64,000 nucleotides of DNA from an uncultured delta proteobacterium. GTDB lineage: Bacteria > Myxococcota_A > Polyangia > Polyangiales > Polyangiaceae. Made by a program: the position numbers and the translations under genes. Position 1 is the first letter of the stretch; each line of letters begins with the position of its first letter. Location of the stretch: positions 256,001-320,000 of the forward strand of contig CAWKKR010000011.1 of assembly GCA_963850305.1 (NCBI GenBank). The letters run 5' to 3'. This document shows, in pieces, positions 50,713 through 60,653 of the stretch. The notes under the pieces were generated by a model. The model did no database searches, was not told the DNA's origin, and saw only the letters and a program-made list of their open reading frames with translations.

Positions 50713-51255
50713 TCAGGTCCGCGCGGCGCGTCGTTTCGCCATCACCGAAAGCGCGATGCCCAGCATGCAAATCGTCGCGGAGAACGGAAGACCCCAATCC
50801 GCATTCTCGCTCGGAAAGGTGAAGGCCCATTCGTTCGGGTCGGGGACGGGGGCAAGCGCGGGCGTCATGGGGATGCGGTGTTCGGCTCGCAGCGCGAGAA
50901 GGTAACCGGCCGTGGCGGCCCGCACGGCGCCGTCCAGGTCGTGAACCGCCAGGTAAGGGCCGACCCATCGACGAAACAGGTAGTCGCGAAACCCCGCGCG
51001 TGCGAACTCCGTGAAGCGCGCACCGGGAAGCACGGCGAGATCGCCGTCCCCGAGCACGATGAGCGTCTCCTCCGGCGAGGTCGGCCTTGGCGAGCCCCCG
51101 ATGACCACGCGCGCCGGATAGCCGTGCGCGTCTGCCAGCGACAGCTCGGCTTCCGTCGAGTGCCAGGTGAGCCCGGATACACCGGTGTCGTTGCACCCGA
51201 CGAGAAGAGAGACGGCGAGACCGAGCGTCGCCCCGCGCCGAGCCAGCGCGCTCAT
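50713..51255 (-). CDS. Hypothetical lipoprotein/membrane protein
   Basis: ATGA overlap with the upstream gene; LVGC lipobox; C-terminal TM helix plus basic tail. Confidence 0.55.
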   Translation of the reverse strand: MSALARRGATLGLAVSLLVGCNDTGVSGLTWHSTEAELSLADAHGYPARVVIGGSPRPTSPEETLIVLGDGDLAVLPGARFTEFARAGFRDYLFRRWVGPYLAVHDLDGAVRAATAGYLLALRAEHRIPMTPALAPVPDPNEWAFTFPSENADWGLPFSATICMLGIALSVMAKRRAART

Positions 51256-52839
51256 GGCTTCATGACCTCGATCCAGTGGATCCTGTACAGGCACTGCCGA
51301 GGAGCGGAGCCCCACGTCGCGCGGGCCCCATCGAGCCATGGAAGCGGCGCCGTCACTCTTTCCGAGACGCGCTCCAGTTCGATACCCGTCGCGCCGAAGA
51401 TGCCGAGAATCTCTCCGAAGTTGAACGCGTCCGGAAAATCGGGGTGGTACCCGAGCGGTAGCACGACGTAGTCGGCTCCAATTTTCCTCAGCCACTCCGG
51501 CACGCGCGCGGCTTCGAGGTACGGCAGGATCTTCGGTCGAACCAGCCCGCCGAGATCCTCGATCTTACGTCCCGAGAAATAACCGACCGCTCCGATGTCG
51601 AAGCTGGCGATCACGGCATGTTCAGGCAGCTGCGCGACGTCGTTCGCGATGCCGATTTCCGTGTTCGTCTCGTGCGCCACGGCGCTCTCGTTGGCCGCCC
51701 CGAAGCTCACGAGCGCGTGCGCCATCCCGACGGCGAGAGGCAGCGCCAGAGCCACGGTGACGAGCCACGTTCGCCGAAAGCCTGGCACGAGGGCACGAGA
51801 GACCTCGACGAACCGCGAGAGACCCGCGAGCGCCGCCATACAGAGTAAGCCGGGCAGCAGGGGCTGGTAGCGACCCCCATGACCCGTCGAGGGCAGCAGC
51901 GCGGCGTACGTCATGTAAGCCACGATGGCCCACGCGAAGACGACCGAGATGCGGGTTCTGCGCTCGACGAGGAACGCATAGAGCCCGAAGGCCGCGACGC
52001 CGAGCACCGTGTAAAGCGCGAACGGGGAGGTGGTGCCGAGCGTGTACTCGGCGAGCCGATCGAACCACTGTCCGCTCAAGGACTCGAACCGATCGAGCCC
52101 CGTAGAATCCTCGAAGCGCTACCAGGGCGAGCCACCGTCGCCCGGCGAACGTGCCGGGCAAGAGCTCGCCCGTGCGCAGGAGATTGCGCGAGAAATAGAA
52201 GAGGGCAGCAAGCGCTCCCGGCGCGATGAGCCTTGCGTTTCGGCGCCCGTCTCCGAGCCGGAACGGGACGAGGACCGGCGCGAGAAGAAGCATCTCCGGA
52301 CGCGTGAGAAAAGCGAGCGCGTACGAGCACCCGGCACCGACTTGCGACCGCGGCGAGTCCTCGAAATAGAGCAGGATCGTCACCAATGTGAGGAGCGTGA
52401 CGAGCATCGTTTCCATCCCCGTCAGCGCGAACCAGACGAAGTTCGCCGCGCAGCCGAAGGCGATCGCGAGGAATGCGCCTTCCCACGGCCCGAATCGATC
52501 CCGACGCGCGAGGCCGTGGACGACCTGGCCCGCACCCAGGTAACAGGCGAGTGCCAGCAGCGCCGCGAAGAGCGGCGGAGCCACGTGGAGCAGCGCCGGA
52601 TCGAGGGCGAGAAGGGCCGCCCACAAGACGCTCGTCGCCCCCGAACCCGGTCGGGAGACGTCGAAGCCGAGCACCCCGTGCGCCGCGAAGTTCCGCGCAA
52701 CGACCTGATGAATCCAGGCGTCGTCGAGCGGAAAGCCCGTCGGGAGCTTCCCCCGGCACACGAACCCCATCGCGACGAGTTGACCGGCGAGAACGGCTGA
52801 CCGCGGCCCGATGCGCTCGGGATGCCATTCGGCGCCCAT
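51252..52839 (-). CDS. Putative GT-C glycosyltransferase, frameshift near 52100
   Basis: GFPLDDAWIH, GATSVLW, GMET, TRPE; then GRYQ, DIGAVGYF..IEDLGGL; paralog of 7771-9357. Confidence 0.68.
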
Positions 52840-52870
52840 CGAACCGCGATGATATAGGCAAGAGAGCGCC

Positions 52871-54985
52871 TTGGTTCAATCTTCCGACAGCCCGCACGCC
52901 GGGGCGCCGAACGCCCGGAGCACTTCGATACTCGGCGCGGCGTTCGGAGGTAGCGTCGCGCTCGCCGCCCTCGCGGTGCTCGAAGCCTTGGTCCGATCGG
53001 ATTCGCCGGACATCCTTTCTGCGTGTCTGGCCGGCTCCGCGGGCGCAGCGCTCGGCGCGAGTCTCGCCGCCGGGCGTTCCGCGATGCGATCGCTTTCGCA
53101 AGGCAAACAGGCGGCGGCATGGACTCTTGCGGGCGCGGGGCTCGGTCTGCTGCCGGCCGTGACCGTCGGCGCGATCGCCAAGCTCGCTGGCCCACATCGA
53201 GTCATGGCCGGCATGACGCTGGTCGGGAGCTGCGTCGCCGGTGGCTTGCTCGGCCTGAGCCTCCAGCTGATCACCCGGTCCGGTAATGGTCGCTCGAGAA
53301 CGACACATCTCGTCACGAACGCGCTCCTCGTTCTCGGAGCGCTCTTCGTCGCGCTCGCCGCCGAGGTCGCGGACGAGCTCTTGCTGGTCCTCCGGACCTA
53401 CCCGCCGCTCCGCACCGCGATGACGGTCGGCACGTGGCTGCTCGTTTCCGCGATCGGCGCCGCCGTTCTCGTCGGCACACGAACACGCTGGACTCGACTC
53501 CTCCACTCGGCCTGGTTCGCTGCGCTCGGCATGGGTCTCGGCCTCACCGTGACCCGCTCCGCGGACCAGGTCGGGAGGTTGCTACTGAGACCCACGAGCG
53601 GCCTGGTCGTCGCCATGGGCCGCTCGCTGACCGACTTCGACCGCGACGGCTCGTCCTCCCTGCTCGGCGGAGGCGACTGCGCACCGTTCGATCCGAAGGT
53701 CAATCCGAGCGCCCGCGAAATCCCCGGGAACGGCATCGACGACAATTGCCGCTTCGGAGATCCTCCCGCGCGGCGCGAAGAGCTCGTCAGCACACCGAAG
53801 GTCGCGAGTCCCGCCCCGCTCAACGTGCTTCTCGTCACGATCGACACTCTCCGCGCCGATCACGTCGGAAGTTACGGATATTCCCGCCCCACGACACCGC
53901 ACCTCGACGCGTTCGCCGAGCGCGCGCTCCGCTTCACGCACGCCTACACGTCAGGCGGATGGACGTGCCTCGCCGTACATTCCCTGATGGCCGGCGCGTA
54001 TCCGCGGCGATTCGACTGGCAGCCGGCGGCCATCCTGACGTCCGAGCGCGTCGTCTCGTTCCCGTGGGAAACTCAGCTCCGCCCGGGCGAGTCCTGGATG
54101 AACACGCTGTCAGAACCCACCCGTGCACCCGCGAACTCGCTCCCCTCGTGGCTCGGAGCGCGCGGAATGCGCGTGGTGGCGGCCGTGGCATCGACGCCCG
54201 CGGCGGTCTTTCGATACGAGGGATGGTTCGAGCGGAACTTCGAACGCTCGATCGTCACCCAGCCGGATTCGAACGACGAGGCAGTGGCTGACGCAGCCAT
54301 CGAGCTACTTCGAGCCCCCGACAATCGCCCCTTCTTTCTCTGGGCTCACTTCTTCGAACCCCACGAGCCGTATGAACACCATCCGGGTCTCCCGATCTTC
54401 GGCGACGAGCTCGTGGACCGGTACGATCACGACGTGGCGTTCGCCGACGAACAGGTCGGACGCTTGCTCGACGCCGTTGCGGCCCGCACCGGGCGCGAGA
54501 CGGCCATCATCGTCGCCGCGGACCACGGGGAGACCTTCGTCGGCGGATTTCCGGTGCATGGCGCGGACCTCCAGGAAGACTCGATTCGCATCCCCCTCCT
54601 TCTGCGCGGCCCCGGCATCGAACCCGGCGTGACCGCCGCTCCGGCAAGCCTGGTGGACATTGCTCCCACCATCTACGACTGGACCGCCACGCCGCGACCT
54701 CCGGATCTGGATGGCGTCAGCTTGCTGCACGCACCGTCGCACCGCATCGTGCTCACAGACATCTGGCGGCACGACCGCGACGGTAAAGTCTATCTGGACC
54801 TCGTGGGCGCGACCGGAGCCACACGGCGACTCGTGCGCGACCAGAAACGCGAAGCCTGGTACTCCTACCGGGTCGGTGACTACACGAGACCCCCCGTGCC
54901 CCTCCACGAGCCTCCCGACCCGGCCTTGTCGAACGCCATCGGCCGCTATCTGGAAGAAACCGGCGTCATCGTGAGCGCGCCGTGA
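52871..54985 (+). CDS. Membrane-bound sulfatase-superfamily protein
   Basis: N-terminal TM helices, DC..D..NP.A.EIPGNGIDDNC motif, NVLLVTIDTLRADH, FFLWAHFFEPH, AADHGE. Confidence 0.82.
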   Translation: MVQSSDSPHAGAPNARSTSILGAAFGGSVALAALAVLEALVRSDSPDILSACLAGSAGAALGASLAAGRSAMRSLSQGKQAAAWTLAGAGLGLLPAVTVGAIAKLAGPHRVMAGMTLVGSCVAGGLLGLSLQLITRSGNGRSRTTHLVTNALLVLGALFVALAAEVADELLLVLRTYPPLRTAMTVGTWLLVSAIGAAVLVGTRTRWTRLLHSAWFAALGMGLGLTVTRSADQVGRLLLRPTSGLVVAMGRSLTDFDRDGSSSLLGGGDCAPFDPKVNPSAREIPGNGIDDNCRFGDPPARREELVSTPKVASPAPLNVLLVTIDTLRADHVGSYGYSRPTTPHLDAFAERALRFTHAYTSGGWTCLAVHSLMAGAYPRRFDWQPAAILTSERVVSFPWETQLRPGESWMNTLSEPTRAPANSLPSWLGARGMRVVAAVASTPAAVFRYEGWFERNFERSIVTQPDSNDEAVADAAIELLRAPDNRPFFLWAHFFEPHEPYEHHPGLPIFGDELVDRYDHDVAFADEQVGRLLDAVAARTGRETAIIVAADHGETFVGGFPVHGADLQEDSIRIPLLLRGPGIEPGVTAAPASLVDIAPTIYDWTATPRPPDLDGVSLLHAPSHRIVLTDIWRHDRDGKVYLDLVGATGATRRLVRDQKREAWYSYRVGDYTRPPVPLHEPPDPALSNAIGRYLEETGVIVSAP

Positions 54986-55317
54986 AAGCTGTCTGCTGCA
55001 CGTTGTTGCACGAGCGTGACGGAATGCTCCAGCATCACCGTCAGACTCGCTTCGTCGAGCATTCGAGCCGCCCTTGGCGAGACATGCCGGGCTGAGGCGA
55101 TTTGTCAGAGCTTGGGCGTCGCATCAATGCGAACCAGTCGATGGCGCGACCGCCTTCGAGACACGCGACGCGGGGTCGTGCATCCCTGATTATCCCGTCG
55201 CACTCAAGGTCTGCTCCGTTTCATATCAGGAGCCGTGCGCGGTCGACACGGGCTGCGGTCCCGCGGGCTTCACGTGCAATCACGACGCGGGAGAGCTTTG
55301 CTCGGGTGGAAACTGCA

Positions 55318-55461
55318 CTCCGGTCTCGCGATATTCGCGCCCTGTTCGGCCTCAGCAAGAAAGCCTTCAAACGCGCCGCGGGGCGCTTGCTGAAGGGGCG
55401 CGCGGTTACCATCGACGCCCAGGGTTGGGTGCGGCCGGGGAAGGGCGACCGAGAGAGCTAG
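55318..55461 (+). pseudogene. Remnant of a CvfB/YitL C-terminal winged helix
   Basis: DIRALFGLSKKAFKRAAGRLLK with no upstream S1 domains. Confidence 0.6.
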
Positions 55462-55510
55462 GGGTACGCGCGAGACATGTCGGAGCGGCCGCCCAATGGT
55501 AGGGCGTGCC

Positions 55511-56356
55511 TCACGCGGTCCACTCTTCGCTTCGCCGCCACAGTTCCGACGCGAGCGCCACGTCTTGCGCCGCCTTGCTGGGTTCCACGGCCTGACACTT
55601 GTCGTAATAGAGACCGCTCTCCTTCTCGCACGTCGGCGAGGTGGCGCAATAGAGCGTCGTCCTGGCGCCGTCCTCCGTCGTGAGCATGAAAGACTTGATG
55701 AGCGGACGCAATGGCCAGGGGACTTGTCGCCAGACATCCGAGGCGACGACGCCGGGATGAAGCGAATAGGTCGTCACTCCCGTGCCCGCAAGGCGACGCC
55801 CGAGCTCTGCGTTGAAGAGCACGTTCGCGAGCTTGGACACGTTGTATTCAGGCACCGCGGTGCGCGTGACGGTCGGCCTTCGAACGGCATCGAAGTCGAC
55901 GCTTTTCGCGCGGTAGTGACCCTTGCTGGCGACGGTGACGATCCGTCCGGGGGCCGACTGCTCGATGCGCGGAAGGAGCAGGGAGGTGAAGGAGAAGTGA
56001 CCTACGTGGTTGACGCCGAATGCGAGCTCGAAGCCCGACCTGGTGAGCCCACGTGCGCCTGCGAGACCCGCGTTGTTGATCAGAAGGTGAAGCGGTAATC
56101 CTTTGGCGAGAAATTCCTTCGCGCACGCTCGCACCGAGGCCAGATCTCCGAGATCGAGCGACAACGTCTCCACGTCGCGTCCGGTTTCGCTCCGGATCTG
56201 CTCGACGGCGGGCCTGGCGCGCTCTTCGGAGCGACAGGCGATGAACACGCGCGCCCCTCCCCTCGCGAGCTCTTTCGCCGTGACGAGACCGATGCCGGTA
56301 TTCGCGCCCGTGATGATGGCGACTCGGTCGGACAGAGAGTGACTCGTATCGTTCAT
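55511..56356 (-). CDS. SDR oxidoreductase (retinol dehydrogenase-like)
   Basis: TGANTGIG, NNAG, VNHVGHF, YNVSKLAN, LHPGVV. Confidence 0.92.
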   Translation of the reverse strand: MNDTSHSLSDRVAIITGANTGIGLVTAKELARGGARVFIACRSEERARPAVEQIRSETGRDVETLSLDLGDLASVRACAKEFLAKGLPLHLLINNAGLAGARGLTRSGFELAFGVNHVGHFSFTSLLLPRIEQSAPGRIVTVASKGHYRAKSVDFDAVRRPTVTRTAVPEYNVSKLANVLFNAELGRRLAGTGVTTYSLHPGVVASDVWRQVPWPLRPLIKSFMLTTEDGARTTLYCATSPTCEKESGLYYDKCQAVEPSKAAQDVALASELWRRSEEWTA

Positions 56357-56418
56357 GGGAAGCGGGAGCATAATTTCGAAAGTGCCTCTGGCGCCAGCAT
56401 CAGTCCGACGCCCGTGGC

Positions 56419-57288
56419 TCAGGTCTTTCTCGCCATGATCATCCACGTGCTCGACGGGAGGTAGACACCTCCCTCACGCAGATGCCCCTCGAGCATCGAG
56501 GTGAGCTTCGCCCGGATCTCGGGGAGCTTCCGCCGTCCCTCCTCGCCGGCTTCGCGCACGATCTCCCCCGAGGGTCCGACGAGGATCTGGTAGTCGATCG
56601 CTTCTTCCACCGTTCGGCCGATGCACATGTCGAGGTCGAGGCGCTCGAACAGGTCCACCTGACTGAAGCCGGCGGCGGCGAGCATTTCACGATCGGTCTC
56701 CTCGTCCGCCCACGAGAACGGGCCGGGCCCGCACGTCTGCGCGTTGTCGCCGGGCGGCGGAAGGAATTCGCGCACGACGGTCTTCGCGGCGCCCCACGCC
56801 GGGTTGTCCAGGAGGCCGCGCCATACGATGAGGCAGACCTTTCCGCCCGGAACCAGCGCTCGATGGACGTTTCGCAGCGCTCTCACGGCGCTCTGGAAGA
56901 ACATCACGCCAAACCGCGCGAATGCGACGTCGTAGTAGCTCGGTTCGAGCGGATGCACCTGGGCGTCCCCGATCTCGTACCGGACGTGCGCAGGGCCCGC
57001 CACGTCGCGTTCGCGATTAGCGATCTCGAGAAAGGCACTCGTGCAATCGAGCCCGAGCACCTCTCCCGATGAACCTACCAGGCGATCGAGCTCGAGGCTC
57101 GTCTCCCCGAAGCCGCATCCGAAGTCGAGCACGCGATTTCCCGGCTGAACGCCGAAGCGCGGAATCGCGACGTCGCTGTGAAGCTTTCCGTTGCCGGAGA
57201 GCAGATGCCGGAAGCGGATCCATTTCGGAGTGAGGACCTCGTTCCAGCATCCGATGAAGTCTTCATTGTCCGCGGCGACGTTCGTCAT
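56419..57288 (-). CDS. Class I SAM-dependent methyltransferase
   Basis: VLDFGCGFG, GDAQ, RFGVMFF, PGPFS. Confidence 0.9.
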   Translation of the reverse strand: MTNVAADNEDFIGCWNEVLTPKWIRFRHLLSGNGKLHSDVAIPRFGVQPGNRVLDFGCGFGETSLELDRLVGSSGEVLGLDCTSAFLEIANRERDVAGPAHVRYEIGDAQVHPLEPSYYDVAFARFGVMFFQSAVRALRNVHRALVPGGKVCLIVWRGLLDNPAWGAAKTVVREFLPPPGDNAQTCGPGPFSWADEETDREMLAAAGFSQVDLFERLDLDMCIGRTVEEAIDYQILVGPSGEIVREAGEEGRRKLPEIRAKLTSMLEGHLREGGVYLPSSTWMIMARKT

Positions 57289-57324
57289 CGAAATGGGCTC
57301 CGGGGAGGGACGTGTCTCGGCGTG

Positions 57325-57475
57325 TCACGTGACTCGCAGAAAGTTTGCCTCGAAAGCGTTCATCGTGGGGCCGTAGTACTCTCTGAACGCTGCCGCCAGC
57401 TCGAGGGAGCGGGCCGCGATGGTTGAACGTGCATGTGTCCCGGATCAACGCGACGTTCTTCTTCTCGACCCTCGA
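57325..57475 (-). pseudogene. Remnant of a methyltransferase C-terminus
   Basis: IRDTCTFN / ELAAAFREYYGPTMNAFEA / FLRVT stop, in shifted frames. Confidence 0.5.
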
Positions 57476-57582
57476 CGTCACCGACCTTTGGTCGAGCGTT
57501 CGGGCGCTGCGTCCCCAGCGCGTCCGGCGCCCGCGCACCGGCCGGGATGCACGAGCAGACCCGAGACGCCTCGGATGGCGGC

Positions 57583-59052
57583 TCACCGTGAGGCTCGCCG
57601 ACGTCGTCGAACGAGCGCAAGCCCGGCGATCCCCATCCCGAATGCGAAACGGGACCTGGGATTCGCTTCCGTCTGCGCGGCCGTGCGGCAACTACAACCG
57701 CCGTTCGAAGTCGCGCTCGGGGTATGCGCGCCCGCGTCCGCCGTGCCAGCCGCACCTGTGCCGGTCCCACCGCCGGAGCCAGTTGTGCCGCCCGAGCCGG
57801 TCGCGCCGCCCACTTCACCCGCGCCGCCTGAGCCAGTTGCGCCGCCAGAGCCGAGCGCGCCGCCTGAGGCACTCGCATCGCTCACTGACGTCGTGCCGCC
57901 TGAGCCGGTCGCGCCGCCTGAGGTACTCGCATCGCTCACTGACGTCGTGCCGCCAGAGCCGGTCGCGCCGCCAGGGGCACTCGCATCGCTCATTGACGTC
58001 GCGCCGCCAGAGCCGGTCGTGCCGCCCGCGGTACTCGCATCGCTCACTGACGTCGTCCCTCCGGATGACGTGGTTCCTCCGCTTGCGGCTGCATCCGGCG
58101 CGGCAGCGTCCGGCGGCGCAATAAAACAGACGCCGGCCCAACACTTCCCAGCTCCGCACGAGGATCCGTCCGAGGCGAAGGGATCCTGGCAGGTGCCTGT
58201 GATCACGTCGCAGGTCCCGGCTGCCCGGCAAGGTCCGGAAGGCGCGCAAAGCGTGGGAGTTGCCAGGACGGGCGCCCCTGCGAGCTCGCAGTCGGAGAGC
58301 GCGCGATAGTAGAGACGGATCTCATCGACGTCCCCGACGAAGTAATTGTTGTAGGTGCTCGAGATGGGATTGCTGCCGAAGCTGACCCGCTCCGTGGAGG
58401 TGAGGTCGGTCACCGCGGTCGTCGTCTGGGTGTCGCTGCTGATTCCGTCGATCCAGAGGGTAACGCTCGTGCCTTGCCGCCGACCGGCGATGTAGTGCCA
58501 CTGGCCGTCATCGATGGCGGTGCTCAGATGGGCACCGGCGCCATTCGTCCCTGCGACGTCCTGGTACATCTCGAAGCTCACGCCGCCGCCGCTGGTCGTC
58601 CGGAAGCCCCAGAAATTGCATGCCGACCCACAGTTTCGATTCCCGAGGAGCTCGCTGTTCGCGGCAACCGATGTGCGGATCCAGAAGGTCGCGGTGAAAT
58701 CGCTGGTGCCGACGAGGTCCGGCACCCCGAGGTCCACGATCGAGCCTGCGCCTCCCCCCGGAAGCGTCACGGCGCCGTTCGCGACGCCGCTCGAGATCCG
58801 GGTAGTCGTGGCGCCCAGTGTTCCGTCGTCACCGCCGGTCAGCCCGGTGTCCGTCGCGGTCGTATTTCCGGCCTCGTTCGGCTCGTCGAACCTCCACCAG
58901 TGCGCGGGCCCCGAGCCAATGGCCGCCACGACGGTTCCCGTCGCCGGCGTCGACGAACGGTCCGTGGAGCATCCGAGCGGCGCGCCCCCGACGAAGCCGA
59001 CGAGTGAGAGCGCCGAGACGGCGCGAGCCGCGGAACGATACTGACTCTTCAT
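57583..59052 (-). CDS. LamG (ConA-like) surface protein with MYXO-CTERM-type tail
   Basis: WWRFDE, FTATFWIRT, DGQWHYIA, GDVDEIRLY; GGCSCR, TM helix, RRRRR. Confidence 0.85.
   Translation of the reverse strand: MKSQYRSAARAVSALSLVGFVGGAPLGCSTDRSSTPATGTVVAAIGSGPAHWWRFDEPNEAGNTTATDTGLTGGDDGTLGATTTRISSGVANGAVTLPGGGAGSIVDLGVPDLVGTSDFTATFWIRTSVAANSELLGNRNCGSACNFWGFRTTSGGGVSFEMYQDVAGTNGAGAHLSTAIDDGQWHYIAGRRQGTSVTLWIDGISSDTQTTTAVTDLTSTERVSFGSNPISSTYNNYFVGDVDEIRLYYRALSDCELAGAPVLATPTLCAPSGPCRAAGTCDVITGTCQDPFASDGSSCGAGKCWAGVCFIAPPDAAAPDAAASGGTTSSGGTTSVSDASTAGGTTGSGGATSMSDASAPGGATGSGGTTSVSDASTSGGATGSGGTTSVSDASASGGALGSGGATGSGGAGEVGGATGSGGTTGSGGGTGTGAAGTADAGAHTPSATSNGGCSCRTAAQTEANPRSRFAFGMGIAGLALVRRRRRASR
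57841..58060 (-). repeat. Four 54-bp coding tandem repeats (Gly/Ser/Thr linker)
   Basis: ACTCGCATCGCTCA at 57871, 57925, 57979, 58033. Confidence 0.9.
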
Positions 59053-59429
59053 GGTGCCCACGCCGCGACGCACCCTCGGTCGCGCCCTTCTCTGAGTTAA
59101 AAGCGAAGCCGGAACCGTACATCATCTCGCTAAGCGGGCGCCCCAATTTTCTTGCGGGAAGGAGAGCAGGGGCCACACACTTCCGCTTACATCAATGCGG
59201 CGCAGCTCGCCGCTTCGAGACCTGCCGTGTCGTCTTTCCCGTACGCATACCGCGGCGTGGTGAACGGCGGACCGCCGCCGCCCTGCGCATGCTGCCCTGC
59301 GGTGGACAGCGCTGAATTGTCTGGACTCGCCGTGCCGCGCGCACACGGGCAGGGCGCGCATCGAACGAGCGCGCTTCCCCACTGCCCCGCGTTCGGAGTG
59401 AGAGTTGCGCCGCCACCGAAGGCGATGGG

Positions 59430-59585
59430 GCACCGATGTTCCCGGTTCCGTTGTAGAGCCCGGTCAGAACGATCTGGTCCTGTGCGTCGAGCACGAACGT
59501 CACCGGGTCGTCGTCGCCGGTACCGCCGTAGCCGCGCGCCCAGTCCACGGTACCGTCGCGCAGGACCCGCGACAGCATCACGTCG
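59430..59585 (-). pseudogene. Isolated beta-propeller (SBBP-like) repeat fragment
   Basis: DGTVDWARGYGGTGDD...LDAQDQIVLTGLYNGT as a single blade with no full gene around it. Confidence 0.4.
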
Positions 59586-59652
59586 GACGCCTCCTCCGGG
59601 TCGTGCGTCTTCTAACCGCGACCGGCGGGAATTCGCGAGGCCACGCCCGCGT

Positions 59653-60060
59653 TCAGCGCCGCGCTTGGATCATCTTCCACCCGTTGCCCGACGGATCCCG
59701 GAATCCGGCGTCCACGGTACCGAAGCGCTCCATGGGCTCCTGCGTGAACTCCACCCCCCGCGCGCGCATTCGCTCGTACGCGGCGCGGCAGTCATCCACC
59801 GTCAGGACGAGCGGCGGCATCGCGCCCTTTGCGACGATCTCGCGCAGCGACTGCGCCGTCCCGGCGTCGTGTACGGGCGGCCCCGGCAGGAACAGGCCGA
59901 GCTCGAAGGACGGCTGGTCCGGGTGCTGGACCGTCAGCCAGCGATAATCCCCGTTACGCACGTCCGCATGGACGCGGAATCCGAGCTTCTCGACGTAGAA
60001 CTCGAGCGCTTCATCCTGGTTGCGAACGTACAGACCGACCATCCCGATGCCTTGGTTCAT
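59653..60060 (-). CDS. VOC/glyoxalase family protein
   Basis: VRNQDEALEFYVEKLGF, RWLTV, GVEFTQEP, FRDPSGN. Confidence 0.9.
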   Translation of the reverse strand: MNQGIGMVGLYVRNQDEALEFYVEKLGFRVHADVRNGDYRWLTVQHPDQPSFELGLFLPGPPVHDAGTAQSLREIVAKGAMPPLVLTVDDCRAAYERMRARGVEFTQEPMERFGTVDAGFRDPSGNGWKMIQARR

Positions 60061-60547
60061 GTGATCTCCGTTTCTTCAGCTCCTTAGTACCGCCCGCGCC
60101 GTGGCGTCGCTTCTCCGAAACTGCGATCGTGAGATCGGGCCGGTGCGCGGCGCTGAGAAAACAGACGGGCACGCGTTCGGGTTCGCGCGTCGCGGCCCGT
60201 TCCCGCCTGCGGAACTGACCGGGGCTCTCGCCTGTCACGTCGCGGAAGGTCCGGCCGAAGGTGCCCAGGCTGCTCCAGCCCGTCTGAAACGCGATCTCTG
60301 TGACGGGCAGGTCGGTGTCGCGGAGCAGCGCGGTGGCTCGCTCGATTCGCCGCGTGAGCAGGTATCGATGGGGTGGGACGCCGAAGGCCTCCTTGAAGGA
60401 CCGCGCGAAGTGGGCTTCGGACACGCCGCTCACGCGCGCCAGCCGGCGCACGGGCCACTCCTCGTGCGAGGCCGCGTCCATCCGGTCCTTCGCGCGCAGC
60501 AAGCGCCGGAGTAGCTCGGGATCCTGGCTCAAGCGATGAGCCTCCAC
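60011..60547 (-). CDS. AraC-family HTH regulator
   Basis: LLRAKDRMD, HFARSFKEAFG, RRIERA..LL, FRDVTGESP. Confidence 0.88.
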   Translation of the reverse strand: MEAHRLSQDPELLRRLLRAKDRMDAASHEEWPVRRLARVSGVSEAHFARSFKEAFGVPPHRYLLTRRIERATALLRDTDLPVTEIAFQTGWSSLGTFGRTFRDVTGESPGQFRRRERAATREPERVPVCFLSAAHRPDLTIAVSEKRRHGAGGTKELKKRRSHEPRHRDGRSVRSQPG

Positions 60548-60653
60548 AGAGGATGTGTGCGTTGCCAGACCAAGAACGTATCCTCGTGGAGGGCGCGGCT
60601 CACTGTGTTCGACCGCGTACCATGGTTCGGCCGAGCCGAGCTGCCGCGCGATC

